Shown: positions 1 through 12,214 of the stretch, piece after piece
Position numbering within the stretch: the first letter of the stretch is position 1
Layout: each line of letters starts with the position of its first letter
NCBI RefSeq assembly: GCF_004010195.1
Contig: NC_057720.1
Location: 7,801,117-7,865,116 of the forward strand
Length of the DNA stretch: 64,000 nucleotides
Source of the DNA: Chiloscyllium plagiosum
Lineage: Eukaryota
Direction of reading: 5' to 3'
Translations under genes and position numbers: made by a program
The notes under the pieces: model-generated
The model's database searches: none
What the model was told of the DNA's origin: nothing
What the model saw: only the letters and a program-made list of their open reading frames with translations

Positions 1-158
1 CACCCTTCAGGCTCTCTGCCTGTATTCCTGATGAAGGGCTTTTGCCCGAAACATCGATTTATTGCTCCTCGGATGCTGCCTGAACTGCTGTGCTTTTCCA
101 GCACCATTCTAATCTAGACTCTGGTTTCCAGCATCTGCAGTCATTGATTTTACCTGGT
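1..158 (+). mobile_element. Penelope-like element 3' tail, family A, with hammerhead motif
   Basis: CTGATGA at 28-34, GGGC-TTTT-GCCC hairpin, GAAAC; same tail follows the GIY-YIG remnants at 16382-16901 and 28125-29440. Confidence 0.8.
24..60 (+). ncRNA. Minimal hammerhead ribozyme motif, family A
   Basis: ATTC-CTGATGA-A-GGGC-TTTT-GCCC-GAAA-CATC-GATT. Confidence 0.65.
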
Positions 159-164
159 TTGGAC

Positions 165-440
165 AGTACTGTCCGAGGACATTTGGTGAATTTCTGCTGC
201 ACACTGCTGCTACTGAGCCTCGGTCATGGAGTGGATATTTGTGGATGTGGTGCCAATCAAGTGGGCTGCTTTGTCCTGGATGGTATCACTATTCTGGAGT
301 GTTGTTGGAGCTGCACGCATCCAGAAAAAGGTGAGGAATATTCCATTACACTCGTGGCTTGCACCTTGTAGATGGTGGACAGGCTTTGGGGTGTCAGGAG
401 GAGAGTTACTCACTGCAGTATTCCCAGCCTCACAAACTGA
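165..440 (-). mobile_element. LINE ORF2 C-terminal fragment (CR1/L2-group; YKAQVRSVMEYSPLAW family)
   Basis: Minus-strand frames give YKVQATSVMEYS and WMRAAPTTLQNSDTIQDKAAHLIG; homologous to 9405-9915. Confidence 0.7.
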
Positions 441-1042
441 CTGTCAGAACCTGATCAATACAGTCATAAGCTGAAACAAACTGAGCTAAAACAATCACTG
501 AAATATCACAGCAGCAGGAATTCAGTTTCACCCGTTATGCCATCTGTCCAACAAGGACTTGATGGACTGAACAGCCTCAGTCAATGCCATGGTGATTCAT
601 GGTCTCTAGGATCTGAGCCAGCCAATGTTAATCCAAATCTTCTCCTCACTCTCTTTTGGAAGTTCTGTCTTTAAACAGTATCAAATAGTTGCTTTTATCG
701 AGTTTTGAGAAGATTTGTAGCTCAGGTTGAGGTTTTGGATGTGGGTTTGCTCGCTGAGCAAAATAAAGCTTTTATCAAAAATAAAGGATTGACTGACACA
801 TTCCATTACAAGCAAGGAGCAGGGCTGTTCCAATCGGTCCAGTAAGCGTGCTGCCCCCGTTGAATCAGATACTGGCTGACCTGACTGTCAACTCAAACCC
901 ACATTCCCTCGGAAAATCTTTCACCTCTATTTGTTACCAAGAATCTATCCACCTCGGCCCTAAAGAGCATCTTTTAGCAGAGAATTTCATCTTACAGTCT
1001 GAAAAGCCTTTCTTCAAAAGCGAAAGCATCCACACCGTCCTT

Positions 1043-1137
1043 AGAGAGAGAGAGCGAGAGCGAGAGCGAGAGCGAGAGAGAAAGAGAAAGGAGAAGAGAG
1101 AGAGAAAAAGAGAAAGAGAAAGAGAAAAAGAGAGAGG
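1043..1137 (+). repeat. Compound purine-rich microsatellite (GA)n/(GAGAGC)n/(GAAA)n
   Basis: Seen directly. Confidence 0.95.
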
Positions 1138-1308
1138 CATTTAAGATCCAATGGTGCTTTTTTGAGTCGTTTTAGCAATTCATGCTTGCAAGGAGGCATT
1201 ACAAAATGGGATCAGTTGAACAAATTAAAAACCTGGGCCCAAAGAAAACAAGACTGAGCTCTCAAATGGAGCCCCTTGGGGCTTTCAATGGGGTTTACAG
1301 TGTCTAGT

Positions 1309-1437
1309 AGAAAGTGAGGACTGCAGATGCTGGAGATCGGAGTCAAAAAGTGTGGTGCTGGAAAAGCACAGCAGGTCAGGCAACATCCGAGGAGCAGGAG
1401 AATCGATGTTTCGGGTATAAGCCCTTCATCAGGAATC
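1309..1437 (-). mobile_element. PLE tail family A with hammerhead motif
   Basis: Reverse complement reads TTCCTGATGAAGGGCTTATACCCGAAACATCG...CTCACTTTCT. Confidence 0.8.
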
Positions 1438-1634
1438 AGGTTTTCGATGTCTGCCCATTGGCGGAACGAACAGTTAAATCAAGACTCAAATCACACAGCT
1501 CTGCAGCAGATTCAAAATACATCAGGCGATTCTTCTTTCTGCAACAGATGCTAACAATACCACCCTGACGAGAGAGATTTAGAGCACAGCAGGAGACCAT
1601 TCAGCCCATTATAAGGCATTGACTCACTTAAAGG

Positions 1635-2410
1635 AGGAAGATTGGTGGTGTAATGGTAACGTCATTGAACTAGTAGTCATATTAAACTCAAAAAGGTTAA
1701 CTCTGCCTGTCTACCTGTCTTTCTCTCTCCCCACAGAGGCTGCCTGACCTGCTGCGTGTTGAAAGTGTGCGTTATGTTTGTTTCGGTATTCCAAAGCCCC
1801 AGGTTAACATTCTTGGGTTATGGGTTCAAATTCCACCACAGTAGATAGTAGACTTTGATTATAATCAAAATCTGAAAATGGTGACCATATGTTGATGGTT
1901 GTGAAAGCCCATATGGTTCATGACAGTCCTTTAGAGAAGGCGATCAACCATCCCCAACAGAGTGGCTCAGTGGTTAGCACTGCTACCTCATAGCGCCAGG
2001 GACCCAGGTTCAAATCCACTTTTGGGTAAATGTCTGTGGGGAGCTGGCACATTTGTCCTGTGTCTACGTGGGGATGCTCCAGTTTCCTCCCACAACCCAA
2101 AGATGTGCAGTTCAGGTGGATTGGCCGTGCTAAATTGCCGCAGAGTGTCCAGGGATGTGCAGGCGAGGTGGGTCAGCCATGATAAATGCGGGGTGCCAGG
2201 TTTGGGTGGGATGCTCTTTGGAAGGTCAATGTGGATTTGTTGGGCTGAATGGCCTCTTTCTGCACTGTAGTGATTCCACCTAAACCTGGTCTGACCCACA
2301 TGTGACACCAGGCCACACAGCAATGTGGCTGATTCCAAACTGTCCTCAAATTGCTAAAAGCCATTCAGTTCATGGGCACAAATGGTAGCTTTCCCAATAA
2401 CACTCATATT
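1635..2410 (+). mobile_element. SINE family B, interrupted by an HE1-like SINE
   Basis: Similar to 44155-44495 and 21500-21840 on both sides of 1957-2278. Confidence 0.55.
1957..2278 (+). mobile_element. HE1-like tRNA-derived SINE
   Basis: GTGGCTCAGTGGTTAGCAC A-box head, GGTTCAAATCC B box, conserved core and CR1-like tail. Confidence 0.85.
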
Positions 2411-2547
2411 TGGTACAGGAACGAAGGCAAGAGAAAATGCTTGGATCTAAATTAACATACACTGTTATAAGATTAATCAACATGCATTGTCTGTGAATAC
2501 CAGCTTAGATTCAAGACCACACCAACAGAAATCCAAGTTCATCAGAT

Positions 2548-2760
2548 TCAGAAACAAAAACAGAAATTGCTGGGGCAACTCAGCAGATCCGGCAGCATCT
2601 ATGAAGAGATAAACAGAGTTAATATTTCAACCCTTTGGATCATTGAACTCGCAATTTTAACTCTGTTTCTCTCCACAGATGCTGCCAGATCTGTTGAGTT
2701 TCTGCAACAATTTCTGTTTTTGTTTTAGACTGCTGGCATCCGCAGTTCATTGTTTTATTT
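2548..2760. mobile_element. PLE tail family C, head-to-head inverted pair
   Basis: 2548-2625 is the reverse complement of 2655-2730 (AACTCTG...ACAGATGCTGCCAGATCTG). Confidence 0.7.
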
Positions 2761-2779
2761 CACCTGATTCAGACTAGAT

Positions 2780-3296
2780 TCATAGAGATGTACAGCATGG
2801 TCCAACCCGTCCATGCCGACCAGATATCCCAACCCAATCTAGTCCCACCTGCCAGCACCCGACCCATACACCTCTAAACCCTATCTATTCATATACCCAT
2901 CCAAATGCCTCTTAAATGTTGCAATTGTACCAGCCTCCACCACATCCTCTGGCAGCTCATTCCATTCACGTACCACCCCCTGCATGAAAACGTTGCCCCT
3001 TAGGTCTTTCCGATAGGAAGGAGACCAGAATTGCATGCAATATTCCAACAGTGGCCTAACCAATATCCTGCACAGCCACAACATGACCTCCCAACTCCTG
3101 TACTCAATTCTCTGACCAATAAAGGAAAGCATACCAATCACCTTCTTCACTATCCTATCTACCTGCGACTCCACTTTCAAGGAGCTATGAACCTGCACTC
3201 CAAGGTCTCTTTGTTCAGCAACACTCCCTAGGACCTTATCATTTCAGGTGTATAAGTCCTGCTACGATTTGCTTTCCCAAAATGCAGCACCTCGCG
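2780..3296 (-). mobile_element. CR1/HER1-type LINE 3' fragment with internal deletion
   Basis: LVRPLLEYCMQFWSP and WNELPEDVVEAGTIATFKRHLD; junction near 3009. Confidence 0.9.
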
Positions 3297-3448
3297 AACT
3301 AAAGTATGTATCCTACCTTTTAATTAAGCAACAAACCTCAAAGGTTTGAGGTTACATGATACTGCAATGTATAATTTGGGAAGAGAATATCTGACAGCTA
3401 AGTAAGGGCAATTTTAAGAGGCAGACTGCGCATTAGTCTTTACATTGT

Positions 3449-3545
3449 TTCCTGATGAAGGGCTTTTGCCCAAAACGTTGATTTTCCTGCTGCTCGGATG
3501 CTGCCTGAACTGGTGTACTTTTCCAGCACCACTCTGAACTAAACA
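3449..3545 (+). mobile_element. PLE tail family A with hammerhead motif
   Basis: TTCCTGATGAAGGGCTTTTGCCCAAAACGTTG. Confidence 0.75.
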
Positions 3546-4286
3546 CGGTTTTCTAACAGTTTGCCTTTCAATGCTAAGCAGAAAATCTCTGGGTTTTAAT
3601 GTAATTCAATTATAAATGATTCAGAAAGTTTCCATTCACCCCTGTAATCTCCCACTCCATCTTGCTCATGATGTACAATATTACAGTCTCCACCAAACGT
3701 GGAGCTGTCCTCATTCAGAATATTTTTCATTTACTTTGATGCAATTCCTGTTCCGGCCTTCTTCAAGACTGGATGATACGGATGGGGAAATGGGGAAATA
3801 CGGTTTGTGTGGGGAGCTGCCACTAAGAAAGCTGACCAGCTACTCTGCAATTGACGAGATGTTATAGTGCTAACAAGCTCCTCACAACAGTGTGAACTTT
3901 CACAGCTATGGAAAGTCACACAGATTGTGCAGAAATCACAAGTATTTCAAGATTACAATGCCATTAAGCAGAGGGCTACTGTTCCCCTCTTCACAAGTTG
4001 TACCAAATTGGAAATCAATTACAGAAGTGCATAATATTGCTCATGTCTGCCTGTGGCAGAACAGAAAATGTAAAGCAACACCATCACCTTATTACCCAAC
4101 GCCTTTCCAGTGACTCAATGAATTTAAAGCCTTTATGGTTGATTGATGAGCTGTATCAGCATTTGATCCACTAGTTTGCATTAAAGCAAGGTCAAATTCA
4201 ACTCAACTTGCAGTGAGAAGTGCTACAATCAGTTTCCTAAGAACTGGGTTAGGTCAGGAGTTTTCACTCACCATTCCGTTGTTTGA

Positions 4287-4570
4287 TAGTCACACAATGT
4301 GGAAACAGAACCTTCAAACCAACTCGTTGATGCCGATGAGGTATCAAAAATTAATATAGTCCCAACTGCTTGTATTTAGCCCATATCACTCTAAACCTTT
4401 CCTATTCATGTGCCTATCCAAATGTCTTTTAAATGCTGCAAATATACCTGCATCTACCATTTTCTCTGGCAGCTCATTCCATACGAACCATTGTCAGCAT
4501 GAAAAAAATTGTCCATCAAGTACTTTTTAAATCGTCCTACCCTCACCTTAAAACTACACCCTCGAGTTTG
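4287..4570 (-). mobile_element. CR1 3' end fragment
   Basis: Homologous to 2780-3000 and 13146-13440. Confidence 0.75.
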
Positions 4571-5874
4571 AGTGTGTGTGTAGTAGACACTCTTATGGTG
4601 CTGTGACAGCGTCCTGTCACTGAGCTGAGGGGGCCACGATCAAGCCCCTCTTGCTCCAGAGGACTTGCATAACATCTCTGAGCATGTTTATTGGAGAACC
4701 TTTCCAATAACTCCTGCTGGGAATGCTCCTGTGTGGGTGTGAATGAACTCAATTCCGTGCTGAATAGTCTGCCAACACTCTTTCCAAGGCTAATGCAGAA
4801 AGGGTTAATGGCCAAGAAGACACGGAATCTGAACCATCAGCTTTTTCTCTACAGGTGCTGCCTGATCTGTTGAGTGTTTCCAATCATTCATATTTTTAAT
4901 TCCCGATGTCCAGTGACTGCAGCATTCGGTTTCTGAAGCCAAGTTGTCTGTGGGCGAGGGAGAAACGAATTGAAAGAAATGTAGCAACGGAAATTTAAAA
5001 AAAAGACTCCATCATGTACTTCCAGAGAAATGGTTCTGACGTTATTGTTTTTCAGCCTCTTACTGCTGGAGGTAAACAACTCGAAAGAGATCTTCATTTC
5101 AACGGTTGGCAGCTGCATTCCTGACAGCTGTCAGTCAACAACAACAAAGACTGAAGCAAATGCAACACCAACAAAATGCAGAGAACAAACGCTTCATATT
5201 TAATTGCCTTGCCAAAACAATTGTGTTCCCTCTTTAATACCGAGAGACTGGAGTGAGGCAAGTCAACATGCAAGTCACCGCATAAATGCAGAGGTCATGG
5301 ATTTCGGTTTAATATTTATCCATCTGCACTCACAAAAGTTCAGCATATCAAAACAAAGCCGACATTGTATGTGCATTACAAAACACGTTGTCTACATTAA
5401 CGCAGAAACATAGAAACCTCCAAATTAGTAGCAGGAGTAGGCCATTCATTGTGAACGTAATTGATTGTCCAACCCAGTGACATGTTCCTGCTTTCCCCCC
5501 CCCCCCCCCCCCCTATCCCTGAGGGGGCGTGGGGAGGGGGTAACCAACAGTTATACTTGAACTTCTTTTCTGGGAACATCTGTGTGACAAGCTGCAGCTA
5601 AGTTAATGTGCAAGTAAATGTCGAAGCAGATACATTACTGCCCACAGCCAAGCAAGGGGAAACAGGGTGCAGTCGGGATATCTTTGAATCTTTCACTTAT
5701 CACACGCAATGCTTCTGTAACAATCTTGTGGCTGTGAGTCACTCAGATCAAAAATATCCCAGGGTGCATGTCATGGAGAACAACTGAGTCCGTTGCCTTA
5801 GACTAGCAAAAGGTAAGTCACCGAGGCTTCCAGCTTCTGATTGTCATCCATTGCCTGTCACTGCAGTGCATGGG

Positions 5875-6025
5875 TGTTTGTGTGAGAGTGAGTGAGTGAG
5901 TGTGTTGGAAGAGTGTGTAGATGAGTACATATGAGCGTGTGTGTGTGTGTGAGACAGAGTGCGTTTGTGTGGAACAGTGCATACGAGGGAGAGTGTGTGT
6001 GTGTGCACATGTGAGCGAGCGAGTG
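5875..6025 (+). repeat. Degenerate (GT)n/(GAGT)n microsatellite
   Basis: Seen directly. Confidence 0.85.
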
Positions 6026-6159
6026 ACTGGGTTCTCATGGGCTTTGAACGTGCTGGTGTGCATTGATCAGAGTTATACAAGAGAAACGGTCTACACAGTT
6101 GAGTCAATGGAGAGCTGCCTGTGCCTGTTAGCTGTGCCCAGTACAGGTGAGGGGTCAGA

Positions 6160-6665
6160 GAATCATAGGCCGGAGGAGTTCATTCTGCCCATTATCCTCG
6201 CACTAGCTTTCTGAGCAGCCCAAATAATCCTACTCCCTTGCCCTTTCTGCAAACCTTTGTGAAAGGTGTCCTTTGTAACTATCCAGTACATCCTCACCTT
6301 TTCAAACTTACTCGGCAGTCTTCCGCCACATTGCTGGCAACATTCCAGACCATAACAATTCACTGTGTCAAAACATTTTGAACACTGACCCCCAACTGCT
6401 AATAGAAACTGCTTCCCGTGGCTAACTCGGTCAATGTCTCTCCAAGTTTTGTTCTTGTCCATTAAATCATCTCTGAACTTCCTTTGCTCCAAGGAGAACA
6501 ATCCCAGCTCCACGTCTCCCTGTATCACTGAATTCCCTCATTGGTGCCATCCTTGGGATTGTCCTCTGCACCATCTCCAAAGCCTAGCCATCCTTCCTGG
6601 ATGGGCATTGCCCGGAACTGGGGAAAATACTCCAGCTGAGGTCTGACCGGCATTTTGTAAACGGC
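6160..6665 (-). mobile_element. Old CR1 3' fragment
   Basis: Minus ORF contains LGLFSLEQRKFRDDL. Confidence 0.65.
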
Positions 6666-7669
6666 ATCATTACGCGCATTTGTAATCTTCGCCTCAAATT
6701 ACAAAAAACAAATATTCCACGGTTTATTTCCCACCGATCTTATTAAATGTTTGAAAATGTTGGAAACAATTGGAATGTCAGGATTGTGTCCACAGAGAAC
6801 CCAACAAAATACTGACCATGTCAAACTATAGAAACAATGCTGAAAGTTATGGACAATAAGGGACAGGGAAACTATGGCAAGGGGAATTCCAAGGGTCAGA
6901 ATTCTAAAAAAAGCTAACAAGTGAAACATCTGCCTGGGTGCCTCTGGATGGAGAGAAAATATTTGCAAAAAGGTTTAGGTTCAAGCTGCTGCCAAACTGT
7001 TAAGGTGAGGGAAAACAGGGCAGCACGTCATTCTCTGACAGGGATATGGTGCACCAATTATTGTCCCTATTTTTAGACAGAAATATCTATCATTCTTCCG
7101 CATTTGGTCATGGATGGATGTACCTTATTTTCTTTGTTTTGGTGCATGGAGGTATTGACTTCTGAAACTGGAAGTTAATGCACTGTCACACATGGAACCT
7201 CAGTGGAGCTCAGCCCAACAATGGTCACTGGCCTGACCAGCTTTTATTGTTCATCCTTAAGCGCTCTTGAACTGAGTGACTTGCCCAAGCCATTTCAGAA
7301 GGTATCCCAGAGTCAATGACCCGGGCATGGATCTGGAGTCACATGTAGGCCAGACCTGGTAAGGATGGCTAATTTCCTTCCTCCATTTGGGCAATAGTGA
7401 TCAAATAGGCTCATACAATAACTGATAATAATTGTGATGGTCACTGTTACTGTGACTTGTTTCCACTTCCAGATTTACAAAGTGAATTGAGCCCTCGCTA
7501 TCTGCCATGGTGAGATCAGAATCCATGTCTCCCAGAGAATTAAACTGGGCACCAGCACTACCTTCCCCTTCAGATGTTGACAAAGCATTGTCGACAATCC
7601 AGTTTCTGACGTGTAAACCTCAGGACATTTCCTGAAGTGTAAGGAGTCAATTGTTGACATGATGCACCA

Positions 7670-7950
7670 GGCAGCCTTGTGGCACTACTGCCTCACAGTG
7701 CCAGGGCTTTGGGTTCAGTTCTAGCCTTTGGTGGAGTTTGCATGTTCTCCCTGTGTCTGCGCTAGTTTCCTCCCACAGTCCAAATGATGTGCAAGTTAGG
7801 TGGTTTGATCATAGTGTAGTCACCAGGAATGTGCAGGTTATGTGGATTAGATACAGCAAATATGGGGGTGGATCTGGGTAGGATGTTCTTCAGAGGGTCA
7901 CTGTGGATTTGATGGGCTGCATGGTCTCTTTCCATGCTGTTGGGATTCCA
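7670..7950 (+). mobile_element. HE1-like SINE (diverged)
   Basis: GTGGAGTTTGCATGTTCTCCCTGTGTCTGC core. Confidence 0.8.
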
Positions 7951-9404
7951 TTAAACAGAAAGGGAGTAAACCCCCTTTTGAATTCACCATTTTGTAAGAG
8001 ATGTTAAGATTTGGATTTTAGATCTAGATTTGGGACCCCAAAAGTCAGGTCCTGACCTTGCATTTCTTGGCACCTGATCCTCAGTATGACATTCTGTGGG
8101 TTGACCAATGAGTTGGCCGGGGAGTGTGTGTATCATCTCATTAAAGGCAATGGAAGGCTGGACTGGGTGTCCCTGGATGGAGACAAAACGTTGTTGAAAG
8201 TGGAGGCTGAATCTGATGCCAGACTATTATATGGAGGAAATACAGGGCAGCACATCCTTCCTAGATGATTTTATCCCAGCACACCCAGCTCCAGTGCCAA
8301 CTCTGACAGCGATCAGAAATGCCACACTCATTACTGTCTTACTGGCAGAGTGAGAGACCTGGTGGCTATTGCACTAAAGTATTTGCAGGGTAACTGGGCT
8401 CCCTATTTCATCTCACCAAAACTCACTCCTTTCTCAGAAGCATGGGCATCCGCAGGAGTGATGATTTTGCAAAGTTGGGCTGATTCTGAGGATTATGGAG
8501 AAAGATTTACACATATCCCACTGGATCTGCTCTTCAAAGCAACTCTCATATGCAATCCAACTGGCACTTGGTGAACAGTGTAAAGATGGGGGCATCACTT
8601 GGGCAGCAAACCCAATCTTCACTCACCCAGGACACTGGGCACCAAATAAGAGCAATGAATGAATTTTGTCACCTCCTCAGCAAGGGAGGAGAAATCTATT
8701 GAAAACACTTCAATGCAAACTGGGTACGAGCTCAGCAAATTGAACCCGGGAGCTTCTGTTGAGTGTTGCCAGAAGCCATTTGCTGTATGAGTGGTACCGT
8801 ACATCTTAGCGTCTTCAGGGAAGATAGAAGTGGCAACTGAAACAGGACTCAGGGACTCAAATTTATGCTGTTAGGGGAATCGAGTCCTTTGGAAGCCTGC
8901 TGTAGAGCCAAGCACACTGACTGTGGGTGAAACTAGCTAACTGAGTGACCTCTCACGGTAGCTGTTGGACTGAATGAAGTCCCAGAGAGAGATATGGCCA
9001 ACATCTCAGAGTTTTATGGCAGGGGGAGATTGTAGAAGGTGTTGAGGGAGGGTGCAGGTGAATTCTGTTGGGCAGACAGCATGGAAAGATGGGGTGGCAT
9101 CTTAGGGCTGAGTGCCCCAAGGTCAGCAGACAGACTTCAAATGATGTGCCCCCATTTTTTCTCTGCTATTGTTCATGATGGTGTTTATAAATGGTCTGCC
9201 CACTTAAAACTGACTGCCCCAACTCAATGATCATTTTTGACAAAATCAATTGCCCTTTACATTTGGGGGTAAGCTGCCAGGTTCAGTAACCTCCCTCAAT
9301 ATATTATGGGGGTCAACTGGAAAATAATAGGCTGGACAAGCAACCAATTTAACATGCCATCCTACCCCCCCATACAACATAAATACATCTCCAGGGAGCA
9401 TGTC

Positions 9405-9915
9405 CACAAGTCAACCGTGTACAAAGCACAAGTCAGGAGTGTGATGGAATACTCCCCACTTGCCTGGATGGGGGCAGCTCCAACAGCACTCAAGAAGCTC
9501 AACACCATCCAGGACAAAGCAACCCGCTTAATTGGCACCACATCCACAAACATCCATTCCCCCCACCAGCGGGGAGTACTATTTACAAAATGCACTGCAG
9601 AAATTCATCAAAGGTCCACAGACAGCATCTTCCAAACCCACGACCACTTCCATCCAGAAGGACAATGGCAGCAGCTACAAGGGAACACCACCCCCTGCAT
9701 GTTCCCCTCCAAGCCATTTACTATCCTGACTTGGAGATATATTGTCATTCCTTCATTGCCACTGGGTCAAAAACCTGGAACTCCCTCCTGAAAGACATTG
9801 TGGGTCTACCTACAGTACATGGACTGCAGCAGTTCAGATACTGAAGGGGAAACTGGGGATAGGCAATAAATGCTGGTCCAGCTAGTGATGCCTGTGTCCA
9901 CAAGTGAGTTAAAAT
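9405..9915 (+). mobile_element. LINE 3' end (CR1/L2-group), tail shared with SINE family B
   Basis: YKAQVRSVMEYSPLAWMGAAPTALKKLNTIQDKATRLIG; 3' GGCAATAAATGCTGG tail. Confidence 0.8.
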
Positions 9916-10179
9916 AAAGTGGTAACATGTTAACAGAAAAGTGGAGGGAGCTGATAGAGTTGATGTTTTGAATCCAGTAACACTATTCTTCAAACATACC
10001 AGACTCAAAACGTTAGCTCTGTTTCCCTCTCTCAGGACACTGCTGGACTTGGAGTTTCTCCAGCATTCTCTGTGCTTATCTCAGATTAGACTTGAGCCAA
10101 CAATCAGAATACTTCAGAACAGTCAAAAGTCTAACATCAATATCAAAAGGGATTTGTTTTAAACCATGGATACTGGCAA

Positions 10180-10385
10180 ACGTAAAGTCATCACACTCTT
10201 ACCAGACCAGAGAGAGAGAGAGAGACTGAATTGGTGGTGATTTAACCCGAGGTTCTCCACACCTCAGCTGAGGGGAGATTTTGAGAAGGAGAAGCCTTCA
10301 TGGTAACCTCAGCCTGTGAAGGAATCAAACCCATGCCCTGGGAGTCAGCCTGCATCTCAAAACAGCCAACTGAGCTACATTAACT
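10180..10385 (-). mobile_element. tRNA-derived SINE family C
   Basis: Reverse complement starts TAGCTCAGTTGG (A box) then GGTTTGATTCC (B box); body recurs at 39735-40030, 50150-50270 and 58665-58750. Confidence 0.65.
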
Positions 10386-11455
10386 GAACTGCAATGATCC
10401 CAGTTCCAAATTATAAATACAACAAGTTATATTTGGCTGAAACACTGGGCTCCTGTTATTTCCTGGTGCCAATTTGGGATGCTGCTCCTTCAACATAAAA
10501 GACGATGAGCCGATTCCGGTGGAAGGCAAGTTGCCAGACCATCCTGTCCTTGTAAACTCCATTGTGATAACTGAGCCGTGGCCAACCTGGAGCAGTCTAC
10601 CTGGTGTGCGTCTCTTTTAGGAACAACCCCCCCCCAACCAACCCCGAGCCTTAGCCGGTGACACAGATTGCCTGCTCGCCCAGCATTAGCTACAAAGCTG
10701 CAGACGTGCGGAAAATACTTAGAAGTCTGCCGCAAGGAGGCAAATGGAGAGGGATGGGGGACAGAAAATGAAAGAGGTATTTAAAAAAAAACTTGCAGGC
10801 GTTTCACTCCTAAAGAGTGCGAACATAAGGGAGGTAGAGGAATGCAGAATCTCCGGGCGAGGGCTGGTTGAAGGACAGCACAATTATGAATTGCAGCTTT
10901 AGATCAGAGGTGATGGGAATGCTGGAGCGTTCGAGGAATCCTGAAGAAAATTTCTTGTATTTAGACAATGCAGCCGAAAGGGTTTAACATGACGTTGTCA
11001 CCAGATCTCCTTGTAGTTGTAACTGTTTCTAGCTGCCCTCTTATCTCTCTGTACGAGTCCAGTAAGATACCTAACCATCTCACTTGCTCTTCTGTTTCTG
11101 ATTTAACAGTGGCCTCCCGTCCCCACTATTCTTAATGCCAACATTTTGTTTTGGGGAGGGGGCGAAGTTGTAAAACACAGTCATTCCTTAACACAGCTCC
11201 CACAGGCAGGTAACTGTCCCATCATTACCATGGACACGGGGGGGAAGAGGGGGAGATATAATTATAATTGTATCTTTACTACATTGATGATAAACTTCAT
11301 AAAGCTCCTGAGACGAACAATTTGCAAAAGATCTGCTTGGAAACTGCACGGATTGTTGCTCTCACCCTCTGTTATTATGAATGGGCAGAGACTGGCTGTA
11401 ATGAAGTTGATTCGTCAGTTAGTACAGATGACAAGACAGGATCAGTGGGACTTAC

Positions 11456-11700
11456 CTTCAGATACTGCAGTCGGGGCGAGCTGGCGTCGATCTGCTCTGA
11501 AACACAGGCAGGAAAGGAAAAGCCAGGCGCTGCGGAAAGGACATTTCAGCTGCTACATATGTGTGTGTGTGAGAGTGAGAGAGAGAGAGAGAGCCGCCGC
11601 CGCTTCTCAAAAAGCAAAAAAAAAGCAACAGAGACAGGAACCACGGAACTTGAGTGAAAGACTGACCTCCTGAAGCTCAGGCCGCGCTGTGAATCAAACA
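11456..11700 (-). promoter_or_regulatory. Candidate 5' exon or promoter-proximal region of a minus-strand transcript
   Basis: Non-repeat, locally CpG-rich, (CT)/(CA) tract, ends in consensus donor AAG|GTAAGT at 11456/11455. Confidence 0.35.
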
Positions 11701-12214
11701 TACCCCATTTGTGCTGCACACAATCACTGTGATTTGCATTGATTATCTCCACTTGAACAGATACATTTAAATTAATCTGGCACAGTTGCAATGAAGAGGC
11801 GGAGCGGCTGGCAAAGTGTGGACTGGAGTCTCGAGTTCAAGCTGAACAGGGACTGACTCCCTGAGAAAGTACAGTCCCCGCCCCACAGCGCATCCTGGAA
11901 GTCAGAAAGTGTCTGAACGCAGAGGGGGCAAGGTACTAATGTCGAGGCTTTTGATTAAAGGTGCGCTTGCTGTCAGGCTTGACTGCTTTCCAAAGATAGA
12001 TCTCCCTCTGTGTCTAATTTTGAAAGCAGAGGAAACAGATTTGGGAGTTTTTTTTTCGTTTCAATGCTATAAGAATTATTGCACTCCTAGTCTTTTTCTC
12101 TTAAAATTTATTTCATGATTTTAAAAAAGTTCACCATTTTATTCACTCTGATCTTGAAAAGAAGCTCTTTCTCCCCGCTATTAACCCATCGTGTTCAAGG
12201 CTCTGTCGGGGAAG

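Noticed and set aside
697..760. Fourth PLE-tail family with hammerhead
   Set aside because: Resembles a repeat terminus but is single in the window and no core motif is present
848..1144. ORF with RE/RK-rich tail
   Set aside because: Translation of a GA microsatellite
4543..5118. Minus-strand ORFs as coding exons
   Set aside because: Partly overlap repeat remnants; no recognisable protein or consistent splice pair
5494..5545. Functional G-quadruplex or i-motif
   Set aside because: Poly-C run followed by G-runs with no supporting context; homopolymer length is unreliable
5760..6155. Plus-strand donor-like sites (AAG|GTAAGT ~5812, CAG|GTGAGG ~6147)
   Set aside because: Isolated motifs; upstream frames closed or very short; no downstream partner identified
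11146..11673. 175-aa and 129-aa plus-strand ORFs
   Set aside because: They cross microsatellite and poly-A tracts with no recognisable domain; splice signals favour the minus strand
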